Source: an uncultured Prevotellaceae bacterium (GTDB taxonomy: Bacteria > Bacteroidota > Bacteroidia > Bacteroidales > Bacteroidaceae). Taken from it: DNA of 64,000 bases. Both the position numbers and the translations under genes were made by a program. Numbering within the stretch: position 1 is the stretch's first letter; every line of letters starts with the position of its first letter. Location: NCBI GenBank assembly GCA_902777645.1, contig CACYUZ010000014.1, positions 1,296-65,295 on the forward strand. The letters are read 5' to 3'. The notes beneath the pieces are model-generated. The model saw only the letters and a program-made list of their open reading frames with translations, did not search any database and was not told where the DNA came from. Positions 48,220 through 59,086 of the stretch are shown here, piece by piece.

Positions 48220-50940
48220 ATGAAAAGAAATATCCGCAAGCTTGCCTTCCTGTCGCTCTGCACCACAGCGCTGCCCCTACAGGCACAAGACATCAGCAAC
48301 CGCATAGTAGCCTCCGATACCATACTCACCACCACCGGCATCAACCTGGGAAGTGCCGACAAAGTGACCGAGGAGCGTATGAACAAAGGACTGGTGACCA
48401 ACTCGCTGAGCGCCCTCAGCGGACAGGCCGCCGGTGTCAACGTGTCGAGCGGCGAGAACCGCATGGCCATGCTCAGCAGCGTGCGCGTGCGAGGCACCAC
48501 CTCGCTCACCGGCGGTAACGACCCGCTCGTCATCATCGACGGCGTGTCGGCCGACCTGGCCACGCTCTCTTCTATCTATCCCGCCGACATCGAGAGCTTC
48601 ACCATTCTCAAAAATGCCGCCGAGACGGCCCAGTATGGTTCGCGCGGCGCTTCGGGTGTGATAGAGGTGACCACCAAAAAGGGAAAGAGCGGACAGTTTC
48701 ACATCTCCTACGATGGCAGCCTGGGCGCCGAGGATGTATACAAGAACATGAAGATGCTGCGTCGCGACGGCTATCTCAACACAGCCGCCCAACTGGGGCT
48801 CTACAGCATCGACGGCGGCTACGACACCGACTTCACCAATGCCATCACCCGCACGGGCTTCGTGCAGAACCACCACATGGCGTTCAGCGGTGGCTCTGAC
48901 GAGTCGAACTACCGCGCCTCGATAGGTGTGATGGACCACAACACGGTGATACGGATGAACTCATACAAAAACTTCGTGGCCAAGCTCGACCTCACGCAGA
49001 AAGCCTTCGACAACAAGCTGGTCGTCGACATGGGTGTCTTCGGCTCATCACAGACCAACAAAGACATCTTCGACGAGCAGAAACTCTTCTACTCGGCTGC
49101 CGCACAAAACCCCACCTACCCCTCCGGCATGAATGAAAGCGGAGGATGGGACTGCAACTCCACCGCCTCGCAGATAAACAACCCGCTGGCCCTGCTCCAT
49201 GAGCAAGACCATGAGCGCAACCTCAACTTCAACACCCACCTGAAGCTCACCCACAACATCTGGCCCAACCTGCAGTTCATCCTCTTCGGCAGCTACTCGT
49301 TCACCAGCAACGAGAATGCGCAGTTTCTGCCCACCTGGGTATGGGGACAGGGACAGGCCTTCCGCGGTGAGAGGAAGTCGGAAGACTGGCTCGGCAACGC
49401 CGTCATCAACTACTGGTGGGACTTCAACAGCGACCACCGCATAGAGGTGGTGGGACTGGCCGAATACCAGCGAAGCACACGCCGCGGTTTCTACACCACC
49501 GTGAAAGGCTTCAACACCAACGAATTCGGTTATGACAACCTGCAGGCAGGGTCGCTGCGGCCCTACGGCGGCACCGGTTCCAACTACGACCGCCCCTCGC
49601 TCGCCTCGTTCATGGGCAGCGCCAAATATATGTTCTACGGCAAGTATGAGGTGACCGTCAACGCACGCGCCGACGGCAGCTCTATGGTGGGCAAGCACCA
49701 CCGATGGGGATTCTTCCCCTCCATCTCGGCCGAATGGGACGTGAAAGCTGAGAAATTCATGAAAGATGTCCAAGAGATAAGCCTGCTCAAGGTGCGCACC
49801 GGCTACGGCATCTCCGGCAACCTGGGCGGCATCGACTCCTACAACTCGCTCCAGCGCTTCATGCCCGTGGGCATCGTGCCCAACAACGGCATGCCCACCG
49901 TGACACTGGGATATGTGGCCAATGTGAACCCCAACCTGAAATGGGAGACCCGCAGCAGCAACAACATCGGCGTGGACTTGGGCCTGTTCAACAACCGACT
50001 CGTCATGACCGCCGAATACTACTATTCGAAAACACGCAACATGCTCTATCTCTACGATGTGAGCGTGCCGCCCTTCGCCTACAGCAAGATGCTCGCCAAC
50101 CTGGGCTCCATGCTCAACAAGGGTCTGGAGCTGGGATTCGGCATCACCCCCATCGAGACCCGCGACATGCAGCTCAACGTGAACATGAACCTCGCCTATC
50201 AACGCAACAAACTCCTCTCGCTCTCGGGCTATTACAAGGGGCAGTACATGAGCGCCGACGAAACCACCAGCATCGGCTCGCTCAACGGCGCCGGCTTCCA
50301 TGGCGGCAACAACGACATCGTGTACCAGATAGTGGGACAGCCGCTCGGCGTGTTCTACCTGCCCCACTGCACCGGACTCTCACAAGACCAGAACGGCCGC
50401 TATCACTACGACATAGCCGACCTGGACGGTGACGGGGAAATCAATCCCGCCGACAATGCCGACCGATACATAGCCGGACAGGCCACCCCGAAATGGACCC
50501 TGGGCTCCAACATCAGCTTCAGATACAAAGACTTCGACATCTCCCTGCAGATGAACGGCGCCTTCGGACACAAGATATACAACGGCACCGCACTCACCTA
50601 CATGAACATGGCCTCCTTCCCCGACTACAACGTGATGCGCGGAGCCCCGGAGCGCAACATCTACGACCAGACCGCCACCGACTACTGGCTGGAGAGCGGC
50701 GACTACCTCAACTTCGACTACCTGACCGTGGCATGGAACGTGCCCATACGCCGCTACGCCCGCCACATCCACTCGCTGCGCGTGGCCCTGAGTATAAACA
50801 ACCTGGCCACCATCACCTCCTACAGCGGACTCACCCCCATGATCAACAGCTATGTGGTGAGCAGCACGCTGGGCATCGACGACAAGCGCAGCTATCCGCC
50901 CTACCGCTCCTACAGTATCGCCATGAGCATCTCGTTCTAA
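48220..50940 (+). CDS. SusC/RagA-family TonB-dependent outer-membrane transporter
   Basis: Start chosen at MKRNIRKLAFLSLCTTALPLQA. The plug region contains SALSGQAAGVNV, VRVRGTTSLTGGNDPLVIIDGV and FTILKNAAETAQYGSRGASGVIEVTTKKG. The barrel ends in a C-terminal Phe. Followed by SusD. Confidence 0.88.
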   Translation: MKRNIRKLAFLSLCTTALPLQAQDISNRIVASDTILTTTGINLGSADKVTEERMNKGLVTNSLSALSGQAAGVNVSSGENRMAMLSSVRVRGTTSLTGGNDPLVIIDGVSADLATLSSIYPADIESFTILKNAAETAQYGSRGASGVIEVTTKKGKSGQFHISYDGSLGAEDVYKNMKMLRRDGYLNTAAQLGLYSIDGGYDTDFTNAITRTGFVQNHHMAFSGGSDESNYRASIGVMDHNTVIRMNSYKNFVAKLDLTQKAFDNKLVVDMGVFGSSQTNKDIFDEQKLFYSAAAQNPTYPSGMNESGGWDCNSTASQINNPLALLHEQDHERNLNFNTHLKLTHNIWPNLQFILFGSYSFTSNENAQFLPTWVWGQGQAFRGERKSEDWLGNAVINYWWDFNSDHRIEVVGLAEYQRSTRRGFYTTVKGFNTNEFGYDNLQAGSLRPYGGTGSNYDRPSLASFMGSAKYMFYGKYEVTVNARADGSSMVGKHHRWGFFPSISAEWDVKAEKFMKDVQEISLLKVRTGYGISGNLGGIDSYNSLQRFMPVGIVPNNGMPTVTLGYVANVNPNLKWETRSSNNIGVDLGLFNNRLVMTAEYYYSKTRNMLYLYDVSVPPFAYSKMLANLGSMLNKGLELGFGITPIETRDMQLNVNMNLAYQRNKLLSLSGYYKGQYMSADETTSIGSLNGAGFHGGNNDIVYQIVGQPLGVFYLPHCTGLSQDQNGRYHYDIADLDGDGEINPADNADRYIAGQATPKWTLGSNISFRYKDFDISLQMNGAFGHKIYNGTALTYMNMASFPDYNVMRGAPERNIYDQTATDYWLESGDYLNFDYLTVAWNVPIRRYARHIHSLRVALSINNLATITSYSGLTPMINSYVVSSTLGIDDKRSYPPYRSYSIAMSISF

Positions 50941-50962
50941 ATTCATCAACCCCCGAAAAACC

Positions 50963-52591
50963 ATGAGAAAATATCTTTTTATCATAGCTGCGCTCACACT
51001 GCTCTCCTCGTGCCTCGACGAAAACCCGCGCGACAGAATAGAAGAAGAGGAAGCCATCAACTCGGCCAACGCACTCTACCTGAACGCCGTGGCCAACCTC
51101 TACAACTACATAGGCGGCCACAACGACTGCGAGGGACTGCAAGGCACCACCCGCGGGGTGTACGACCTGCAGACCTTCACCTCCGACGAGGCCCTGCTGC
51201 CCACCCGCGGCGGCGACTGGTACGACGGCGGCCTGTGGCAAAGCCTCTTCACCCACTCCTGGACACCGACCGAAACCATCCTCGAGGGTACCTGGAACTA
51301 TCTCTACAAGGTCATCGTGCTGTGCAACTACTCGCTCTACCTGCTCGACAGCCACCGCGATCTGGTCAGTCCGCTTGACTTGTCGGCCTATATGGCCGAG
51401 GTGAAAGCGCTCAGGGCCATCTACTACTGCTATCTGCTCGACCTCTTCGGCAGCGTGCCCTACGTGACCGACACCGAAATCGACATGTACAGTGTCCGAC
51501 AGCTCTCGCGCAGCCAGATTTTCAACAACGCATGGAACGACCTGATAGAGAGCAGACGCTTTCTCTCCTCCGAACGCAGCAACCAGGAGGGGGTCTACTA
51601 CGGACGCATCACCCGGCCGGTGGTCGACTTTGTGCTGGCCAAAATGGCTCTGAACGCTGAGATATGGTATGATGACGTATGGACCGACGATGAGCGCGAA
51701 GCAGGCAGCGACATCCTGCTCCCCTGCGGTGAACTGGGCGAGATGACTGCCTGGGACGCCTGCATCTACTACTGCGACCAGGTGACCCAAGCCGGCTATC
51801 AGCTCGAGACCGACTACCGGGAGAATTTCTCCATATACAATGAGGAGTCGATAGAGAACATCTTCACCATACCGATGGACAAGGGCCTCTATGCCAACGA
51901 GTTCAGCAACCTGTTCCGCTCGCGCCACTACAACCATGGCAGCGCGCTCGGACTGGGAGCCGAAAACGGCATCTCGGCCACGGTGAGCACCGTGCTCACC
52001 TATGGCTATGGCACCGGCGAGGTGGACAGGCGCTTCGCCTACAACTTCTACGCCGACACCGTGCTTGTGGACGGCAGAACCGTATACCTGGACAATGGCG
52101 AACCGCTGGTGTACCAACCCCTGGCGGTGAAGATAGACCTTACGGGCAGCCCCTATGAGAAGACCGCCGGCGCCCGCATGGCAAAATATGAGGTGGACCG
52201 CACCGCCTACAACGACGGCAAACTGCAAAACAACGACATCGTGCTCTTCCGCTATGCCGACGTGCTGCTCATGAAGTCGGAGGCCAAAGTGCGCAGCGGA
52301 CGCAACGGCGACGAGGAACTGAACCAGGTGCGCAAGCGGGTGGGCATGCCCTACCGCAAGGCCACCCTCGACAACCTGCTCGACGAGCGGCTCATGGAAC
52401 TGGCATGGGAGGGATGGCGCCGCCAGGACCTCATCCGCTTCGACCGCTACCACCTGCCCTACTCCTCACGGCCCGCCAATCCCAAGGAGGAGACCACGCG
52501 CTACACCATCGTGTTCCCCATCCCGCAGCGCGCCATGAACCTCAACGACCAGATGGCACAGAACCCCGGCTATATTGTCAACCTACAATAA
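50963..52591 (+). CDS. SusD/RagB-family nutrient-binding outer-membrane lipoprotein
   Basis: 542 aa. Lipoprotein signal LTLLSSC. Typical SusD segments are present (RALRAIYYCYLLDLFG, FRYADVLLMKSEA, ERLMELAWEGWRRQDLIRF). Confidence 0.88.
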   Translation: MRKYLFIIAALTLLSSCLDENPRDRIEEEEAINSANALYLNAVANLYNYIGGHNDCEGLQGTTRGVYDLQTFTSDEALLPTRGGDWYDGGLWQSLFTHSWTPTETILEGTWNYLYKVIVLCNYSLYLLDSHRDLVSPLDLSAYMAEVKALRAIYYCYLLDLFGSVPYVTDTEIDMYSVRQLSRSQIFNNAWNDLIESRRFLSSERSNQEGVYYGRITRPVVDFVLAKMALNAEIWYDDVWTDDEREAGSDILLPCGELGEMTAWDACIYYCDQVTQAGYQLETDYRENFSIYNEESIENIFTIPMDKGLYANEFSNLFRSRHYNHGSALGLGAENGISATVSTVLTYGYGTGEVDRRFAYNFYADTVLVDGRTVYLDNGEPLVYQPLAVKIDLTGSPYEKTAGARMAKYEVDRTAYNDGKLQNNDIVLFRYADVLLMKSEAKVRSGRNGDEELNQVRKRVGMPYRKATLDNLLDERLMELAWEGWRRQDLIRFDRYHLPYSSRPANPKEETTRYTIVFPIPQRAMNLNDQMAQNPGYIVNLQ

Positions 52592-52636
52592 AAAAGGTGT
52601 GTTCCTATAGGGCCAGCCTAAATGCAGACCTACAAC

Positions 52637-52673
52637 AAAAAAATCCGCAGACCATCAAGTCTACGGATTTTTT
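52637..52673. terminator. Bidirectional intrinsic terminator between SusD and pepC
   Basis: A-run plus ATCCGCAGAC, loop catcaa, GTCTACGGAT plus T-run. Nine of ten stem pairs form, extended by A/T pairing. Confidence 0.65.
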
Positions 52674-52699
52674 GTGCTTGCGGATGAACCGGGCTGGAC

Positions 52700-54103
52700 T
52701 TAAAAATCTTCCTGGAAGAGCGGGTCCTCCGGCATCACCATCACCGGCTTCTGCTTCTCCATCTCCAGAATGTTGGCCGGCACATACTTCTTGTCCACCA
52801 CAAGGCGGAACATATACTCGCGCATCCAGCGGTCGGTCATGATGAGGCAGCCCTTCTGTCCGCTGGCCGGCCCCCAGCTGTTCTCCACTTTCCATTTCAC
52901 CGGTTTGCCGTCGGCATCCAGGTCTACGGCGCTCAGCGTCATGGCGTGGGTGGAGCCGCTGTCGAAGGTCATGATGCGCTCGGCCTTGTTCATGGGGAAG
53001 GTGGTGCCGAAGAGCGATCCGTAGTCGTAGTTCTCGGTGTCGAGATAGCCGCGTTTGCGGTCGAACTGCTTGCCCACATCGTAGGAGGTGTAGAGTTTGT
53101 GGCCGTCCTTGATGGCGGCGATGGCCATCTGCTCTATGTCGTCCATCGGCAGGTTGATGTACTTCCAGTTGTGGCCGTCGTAGGTGTGGCGGTCGTACTC
53201 CACCTCATAGGTCTTGTAGTAAGGCCGGCGGGGGTCGTTCATCACCATGATGAACGAGCCGTTCAGGTTGTGGCCCACGGTCAGCTCGTAAAACTCCTTC
53301 GGGGTATAGGTCTTCGGCTCACCGATGGCCTTGCCGTTCTTGTCCTTGAAGGCATAGGTGAACTGCTTTACAGGCTCGCCCAGGGTGATGCACAGCATGC
53401 GGTAAATGGTGCCGAGCATCTCGGTCTTGCGGGCCTTGATGGCGGCGGGTTTCTTCTTGTCGGCCACCATCTTGCGCAACTCCAAACCGAACTCACGCAG
53501 TTTCGACCCCACGAGGCGCGCCATGCGGCTGGTGTTATTGGCCGAATAGGTCTCAGGCTGCACGCCCATGGGCACAAGACCATATTTCTCGGCCAGGTCG
53601 GCCACACCGCAGAAGGTGCCGCCGTCGTTGATGGGACTCTTGAAGAAGAACTGCACCCTGATGTCGTCGATGGGCTTGTCGGCACAGTCTATCACGCCCT
53701 GCAGCATCAGGTTGGCCTTTTCCAGCTGGTCGTAGAAGAAGAGATAGTCGTGCGAGAACTCCACGCTGAGCGAGTCGGTGCGCAGGGCGAAGTCGGAACG
53801 CAGCACATTGAGTCCGCTGAACATCCAGCAGCGGCCGCTGCTCTTCTGGTCGTGTATCGACTGCGCCTTGGTCTCATGGCTGAAGTAGGTGTTCACCTCG
53901 CCCTGATTGGCGAAGTTCTTGGCCAGGTCGTCGATGGAGTTGGAGGCGATGGCATTGAAGAGCGCTTTGCTCTGTGCCCCGCCGGCATACGACTTCTCAA
54001 TATCACTGAGCATCTGTGCGGAGATGCCTCCGTCGGCTTTCTGGGCGAGGCAGGCGGCCGTAGCCATCATACAGGCCGCCAGCACTATCATCTTTTTTCT
54101 CAT
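52700..54103 (-). CDS. pepC: Aminopeptidase C (C1B bleomycin-hydrolase-type cysteine peptidase)
   Basis: 467 aa with a signal peptide. The catalytic Cys context is QKSSGRCWMFSGLN. Confidence 0.85.
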   Translation of the reverse strand: MRKKMIVLAACMMATAACLAQKADGGISAQMLSDIEKSYAGGAQSKALFNAIASNSIDDLAKNFANQGEVNTYFSHETKAQSIHDQKSSGRCWMFSGLNVLRSDFALRTDSLSVEFSHDYLFFYDQLEKANLMLQGVIDCADKPIDDIRVQFFFKSPINDGGTFCGVADLAEKYGLVPMGVQPETYSANNTSRMARLVGSKLREFGLELRKMVADKKKPAAIKARKTEMLGTIYRMLCITLGEPVKQFTYAFKDKNGKAIGEPKTYTPKEFYELTVGHNLNGSFIMVMNDPRRPYYKTYEVEYDRHTYDGHNWKYINLPMDDIEQMAIAAIKDGHKLYTSYDVGKQFDRKRGYLDTENYDYGSLFGTTFPMNKAERIMTFDSGSTHAMTLSAVDLDADGKPVKWKVENSWGPASGQKGCLIMTDRWMREYMFRLVVDKKYVPANILEMEKQKPVMVMPEDPLFQEDF

Positions 54104-54131
54104 TAGTACAGTAGGATTTTGGTTTATGTTG

Positions 54132-54139
54132 CAAATTTA
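54132..54139 (-). promoter_or_regulatory. -7 promoter box (TAAATTTG on the minus strand) upstream of pepC
   Basis: Plus-strand CAAATTTA, 29 nt upstream of the ATG at 54103. Confidence 0.5.
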
Positions 54140-54301
54140 TGAATATTTTTGCTTTTTCCGTGAAAAAATACAAAAATATGCTCAAAACCAACCTTAATTA
54201 CGCAAAAATCATTACCTTTACCGAGTTTTTCAGTATTCCTTATAAAAAGGCTTTCTCTTCGACTATTTTTTCGATTTTTATATTTCGACACATATACAAC
54301 A

Positions 54302-55378
54302 ATGATGAAAATAAAAGGTTTACTATTGCTTGTTGCCCTGCTGGCATGGGTGCAAGGGGCATTCGCTGATGACGATGTTTTCGAATACGAGGATGACAAC
54401 AACACGGTGATTAGCGGGTTGGTATGGGGTGCCAATCCTGAATCGCTTACCATCCCGGCCTCTGTGACAAGAGTGAAGACCGGGGCCTTTTTGTATGCCA
54501 CCAATCTGGATGAGCTCATTATCGACGGTGGCAATCCTGTATTTGAATCCGGTGTCTTTGGAGAGGATGTTCCACTGCAACTGTTGAACTTGGGAAGCGG
54601 CATGTCGACCACCAACATCCTTAGACTGATAAAGACAATAGGAAAAGACAATCAACTTTTACAAATAGATATAGACGGCTTTACAGGAGAGTTCGATTCG
54701 GATGATTGGGATGAAACCGCAATGGGCGATTACCTTTCCTCCGATGTTGAAGTCCGCCTGCCGGCCGAACTTGTTGGCGATCAGGTTTTCGGCGACGCTA
54801 AGGTATATGGTCATTTCTCGCTTGAACATGACTTGGTGACATTCTGCGGCAAGCAGAATTTCGAAGACGTAGACAATCCGAACATGCTCTTCTACGTGCC
54901 CACCCATCTGGAAAACGGTTCGGTATACATAAAGCGTGTGTTTAACATCTATGCAAACCAGGGAATCCTCATTCATCCGGCCGAAGGAATGTCGGCCGAA
55001 GCCTACCTTCTCCGCAACATAGACCTCGAGGGTAGTTATGAGAGCAACATGCTGGTGGGTGTGACAGAACCCACCACTATAGGCGAGACCGAGGGCGACA
55101 AGACCAACTTCGTGCTTTACGAAGGTAAATTCTACCCCACCTCAGGCGGCACATTAGGAGCCAACCGCGCTTACCTCCAGGTGCCCACCAGCGAGGTGGA
55201 GCATCTGTCGAACCTCACCATCATCTACGAAGAGGAGGAAGACGGCATCATCCAGCTCCGCCGCGAGGAAACCGCCGCTCAGCGTGCCGGATGGTACACC
55301 CTGGGCGGACAGCGCATCAGCCAACCGCAGCAGGCAGGCATCTATGTACACAACGGACGCCTGGAGACCGTAAAATAA
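54302..55378 (+). CDS. Surface protein with an N-terminal BspA-type leucine-rich-repeat-like region and a T9SS C-terminal sorting domain
   Basis: 358 aa. Signal peptide MMKIKGLLLLVALLAWVQGAFA. The segment LTIPASVTRVKTGAFLYATNLDELII is LRR_5-like. The C-terminus GWYTLGGQRISQPQQAGIYVHNGRLETVK resembles a T9SS CTD. Confidence 0.65.
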   Translation: MMKIKGLLLLVALLAWVQGAFADDDVFEYEDDNNTVISGLVWGANPESLTIPASVTRVKTGAFLYATNLDELIIDGGNPVFESGVFGEDVPLQLLNLGSGMSTTNILRLIKTIGKDNQLLQIDIDGFTGEFDSDDWDETAMGDYLSSDVEVRLPAELVGDQVFGDAKVYGHFSLEHDLVTFCGKQNFEDVDNPNMLFYVPTHLENGSVYIKRVFNIYANQGILIHPAEGMSAEAYLLRNIDLEGSYESNMLVGVTEPTTIGETEGDKTNFVLYEGKFYPTSGGTLGANRAYLQVPTSEVEHLSNLTIIYEEEEDGIIQLRREETAAQRAGWYTLGGQRISQPQQAGIYVHNGRLETVK

Positions 55379-55402
55379 CCCCCACGAAAAATCATTCGCA
55401 TC

Positions 55403-55612
55403 ATGAAAGAGAAAAAGACATACCTACAGCCCGCTACCGAGGTGTTATCAGTGGCCGCAATGCTCATGAACAGTTATGACGCTGACACAGAATCGGGCCT
55501 TATCGACATATCCACCAGCAAGAAGGTAGACGCCGGCATGGGACAGGCCAACGGCAGCGGCATCTTCGACAGTGGTGAGGGCGACGACCGGTCACCCATC
55601 TGGGACGAGTAA
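55403..55612 (+). CDS. Small acidic hypothetical protein (69 aa)
   Basis: ATG-started ORF 24 nt after the previous stop and followed by a strong terminator. The sequence is MKEKKTYLQPATEVLSVAAMLMNSY..., with an Asp/Gly/Ser-rich tail. Confidence 0.45.
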   Translation: MKEKKTYLQPATEVLSVAAMLMNSYDADTESGLIDISTSKKVDAGMGQANGSGIFDSGEGDDRSPIWDE

Positions 55613-55655
55613 CAAGCACGGCAGGCCGCACAGCGGCACCGCCATCATACCTACA

Positions 55656-55696
55656 AGAGGGGGAGGCCAGAAAGGGCGCTCCCCCTCTCTTATTTG
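55656..55696 (+). terminator. Intrinsic terminator
   Basis: Perfect 10-bp stem AGAGGGGGAG (55656-55665) / CTCCCCCTCT (55679-55688), followed by CTTATTTG. Confidence 0.75.
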
Positions 55697-55780
55697 CGTC
55701 AGCAGCACCAAAAAAGTCCATTTGCGCACCACCATTTGAAAAAAAGAAGCGGCAAGAAGGCCGAAGTCGGATTTTTTTCT

Positions 55781-55788
55781 TATTTTTG
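55781..55788 (+). promoter_or_regulatory. -7 promoter box (TATTTTTG) upstream of dxs
   Basis: Matches TAnnTTTG, 45 nt upstream of the ATG at 55833. Confidence 0.5.
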
Positions 55789-55832
55789 CAAGTTGGAGCA
55801 ATCAACACAATTGCAGAAAGAACCACTGATTA

Positions 55833-57731
55833 ATGGAAAACAACAAAAAGTCACTGCTCGAAAGCATCAACGTGCCCTCCGACCTGCGCCAGCTCAGCGT
55901 GGAGCAGCTGCCCCAACTGTGCGACGAACTCCGACAGATGATTGTGAACGAGCTCTCGGTCAATCCGGGACACCTCGCTTCCAGTCTCGGAGTGGTGGAG
56001 ATAACGGTGGCCCTGCACTACGTGCTCGACACCCCGCACGACCGCATCGTATGGGACGTGGGGCACCAGGCCTACGGGCACAAGATACTAACCGGCCGGC
56101 GCGACCGGTTCTGCACCAACCGAAAACTGCACGGACTCATGCCCTTCCCCTCGCCCCGGGAGAGCGAATACGACACCTTCACCTGCGGCCATGCCTCCAA
56201 CTCCATCTCGGCAGCCCTCGGCATGGCGGTGGCCGCCAAGCTGCGCAAAGACAAGACACAGCATGTGGTGGCCGTGATAGGCGACGGCGCCATGAGCGGC
56301 GGTCTGGCCTATGAGGGACTGAACAATGTGTCGTCGAGCGACAACGACATGCTCATCATCCTCAACGACAACGACATGAGCATCGACCACTCCGTGGGCG
56401 GCATGCAGCAGTATCTGCTCAATCTCAACACCAACAAGACCTACAACGACCTGCGCTACCAGCTCTCGCAGTGGCTCAACCGCCGCGGCATGCTCAGCGA
56501 CAACCGCCGCCACGGCCTGATACGCCTCAACAACGCCATCAAGTCGGCCATCAGCCATCAGCAGAATGTGTTCGAGGGCATGAACATACGCTATTTCGGA
56601 CCTTTCGACGGCCACGACGTGAAAGAGATAGTGCGCCTGCTGCGCCAGCTGAAGGATATGAAGGGCCCCAAACTGCTCCACCTGCACACCATCAAGGGCA
56701 AGGGCTACGAGCCCGCCGAGAAGGCCGCCACCGTGTGGCATGCCCCCGGCAAATTCAATGTGGAGACCGGCGAGCGCATACACAGCGAGGAGACGGGCAT
56801 TCCGCCCAAATACCAGGACGTGTTCGGCCACACCCTCCTTGAGCTGGCCCGCCAGAATAGCCGCATCGTAGGCGTCACCCCCGCCATGCCCACCGGCTGC
56901 TCCATGAACATCATGATGGAGGCCCTGCCCGCACGCACCTTCGATGTGGGCATCGCCGAGGGCCACGCCGTGACCTTCTCGGCCGGCATGGCCTCCGACG
57001 GTCTGCAGCCCTTCTGCAACATCTACAGCGCCTTCTCGCAGCGGGCCTACGACAACATCATACACGACGCCGCCCTGCTGCGCCTGCCCGTGGTAATCTG
57101 TCTGGACCGCGCCGGACTGGTGGGCGAGGACGGCCCCACCCACCACGGCGCCTTCGACATGGCCTTCCTGCGCCCCATCCCCCACCTCACCATCGCATCG
57201 CCCATGAACGAGCACGAGCTGCGCCGGCTCATGTATACGGCGCAGTTGCCCGACAAGGGCACCTTCGTGATACGCTACCCGCGCGGCCGCGGCGAACTGG
57301 TCGACTGGCAATGTCCACTCGAAGAGATTGAGGTGGGCACCGGCCGACGCCTCGCCGACGGCACCGATGTGGCCGTGCTCAGCATAGGACCTATCGGCAA
57401 CCATGTGACCCGCGTCATCAACCGCCTGCGCGAGGAAGGCAATCCCCTGAGCGTGGCCCACTACGACATGCGCTTCGTAAAACCCCTCGACGAGCGGCTG
57501 CTCGAAGAGGTGGCCGCCCGCTTCGGCCGCATCATCACCCTCGAGGACGGCTGCCGCGCCGGCGGTTTCGGCAGCGCCGTGACCGAGTGGATGGCCGACC
57601 ACGGCCACCATCCCACCATCGTGCGCCTTGGACTGCCCGACGAGTTTGTGGAGCACGGCTCCGTGGCCGAGCTGCAGGCCATCACCGGCATCGACCCCGA
57701 ATCTATCTACCAAGCCATCATACGGTCATGA
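55833..57731 (+). CDS. dxs: 1-deoxy-D-xylulose-5-phosphate synthase
   Basis: 632 aa. The motif [14 protein letters not shown] and the ThDP motif [16 protein letters not shown] are present, with transketolase-like C-terminal domains. Confidence 0.96.
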   Translation: MENNKKSLLESINVPSDLRQLSVEQLPQLCDELRQMIVNELSVNPGHLASSLGVVEITVALHYVLDTPHDRIVWDVGHQAYGHKILTGRRDRFCTNRKLHGLMPFPSPRESEYDTFTCGHASNSISAALGMAVAAKLRKDKTQHVVAVIGDGAMSGGLAYEGLNNVSSSDNDMLIILNDNDMSIDHSVGGMQQYLLNLNTNKTYNDLRYQLSQWLNRRGMLSDNRRHGLIRLNNAIKSAISHQQNVFEGMNIRYFGPFDGHDVKEIVRLLRQLKDMKGPKLLHLHTIKGKGYEPAEKAATVWHAPGKFNVETGERIHSEETGIPPKYQDVFGHTLLELARQNSRIVGVTPAMPTGCSMNIMMEALPARTFDVGIAEGHAVTFSAGMASDGLQPFCNIYSAFSQRAYDNIIHDAALLRLPVVICLDRAGLVGEDGPTHHGAFDMAFLRPIPHLTIASPMNEHELRRLMYTAQLPDKGTFVIRYPRGRGELVDWQCPLEEIEVGTGRRLADGTDVAVLSIGPIGNHVTRVINRLREEGNPLSVAHYDMRFVKPLDERLLEEVAARFGRIITLEDGCRAGGFGSAVTEWMADHGHHPTIVRLGLPDEFVEHGSVAELQAITGIDPESIYQAIIRS

Positions 57732-59071
57732 AAATCATCATTGTAGGCGCCTACGCCATCGGTACCCATCTGGCCAAGTTGCTGTCGCGCAACAACCACG
57801 ACACCGTGCTCATCGACTCCGACGAGGAACGGCTCTCGAGCATCAACAGCGACTATGACCTCATGACGATACAGGCCTCGGCGTCAAGGCTTCGCACCCT
57901 GAAAGACGCCGGCGTGAACGGCGCCGACCTCTTCATCGCCGTCACCCCCGACGAGAACCTGAATATGAACGCCTGCATGCTGGCCAAGGCCCTGGGCGCC
58001 AAGCGCACCGTGGCCAAGGTGGACAACTTCGAGTATACCGACCCCAAACTGCGCAGCGTGTTCAACAATGTGGGCATCACCTCGCTCATCAACCCCGAGA
58101 ACCTGGCTGCCTATGATATCGCCAACGGACTGAAGATGTCGTGGGTGCGGCAGCGCTGGGAAGTGCACGACGGGGCCCTCATCATGCTCGGCATCAAGCT
58201 GCGCGACACCTGCCAGGTGCTCAACCAGCCCCTCAAGGACCTGTGCAAGCCCGAGTCGCCCTATCACATCGTAGCTATCAAGCACGGCAACGAGACCATC
58301 ATACCGCGCGGCGACGATGTGCTCTCGCTCAACGACATCGCCTACTTCATGACCACACGCAACTACATACCCTTCATCCGCAAGATTGTGGGCAAGGAGC
58401 ACTATGTAGACGTGAAAAACGTGATGATCATGGGCGGAGGCGCCACTGCGGCACGCGCCACCACGCTGATGCCGGAATACATGAAAGTGAAGATATTCGA
58501 GGCCAACGAGGCCCGCTGCGAGCAGCTCAACGAGATTATCGACACCGACCGCGCCATGGTGATACACGGCGACGGCCGCGACATAGGACTGCTCCTGGAG
58601 GAGGGCATCAAGAACACCCAGGCCTTCGTGGCCCTGACGGGCAACGCCGAGACCAACATCCTGGCCTGCCTCACCGCCAAGCGCATGGGTGTGCGCAAGA
58701 CGGTGGCCATGGTGGAGAATTTCGACTACGCCAGCATGGCCGAGAGTCTCGATATCGGCACCATCATCAACAAGAAGGCGCTGGCCGCCAGCCACATCTA
58801 CCAGATGATGCTCGACGCCGACGTGAACAACATCCACTTCCTCATGTCGGCCAACGCCGATGTGGCCGAGTTCACCGCCATGCCCAACTCGAAGGTGACG
58901 CGCAAGCGGGTGTTTGAACTGGGGCTGCCCAAGGGCACCACGATAGGCGGTCTGGTGCGCAACGGCGAGGGCCAGCTGGTGAGCGGCGGCACGCAGATAC
59001 AGGCCGGCGACTCGGTGGTGGTGTTCTGCCACGACATCAACATGTCGAAAATAGAGAAATTCTTCAAATAA
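57728..59071 (+). CDS. trkA: Trk system potassium uptake protein TrkA (two RCK/NAD-binding domains)
   Basis: The internal ATG ([16 protein letters not shown]) overlaps the dxs stop (ATGA). A second Rossmann motif is [13 protein letters not shown]. Followed by trkH. Confidence 0.9.
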   Translation: MKIIIVGAYAIGTHLAKLLSRNNHDTVLIDSDEERLSSINSDYDLMTIQASASRLRTLKDAGVNGADLFIAVTPDENLNMNACMLAKALGAKRTVAKVDNFEYTDPKLRSVFNNVGITSLINPENLAAYDIANGLKMSWVRQRWEVHDGALIMLGIKLRDTCQVLNQPLKDLCKPESPYHIVAIKHGNETIIPRGDDVLSLNDIAYFMTTRNYIPFIRKIVGKEHYVDVKNVMIMGGGATAARATTLMPEYMKVKIFEANEARCEQLNEIIDTDRAMVIHGDGRDIGLLLEEGIKNTQAFVALTGNAETNILACLTAKRMGVRKTVAMVENFDYASMAESLDIGTIINKKALAASHIYQMMLDADVNNIHFLMSANADVAEFTAMPNSKVTRKRVFELGLPKGTTIGGLVRNGEGQLVSGGTQIQAGDSVVVFCHDINMSKIEKFFK

Positions 59072-59086
59072 CGGCACCGGCAAGCG

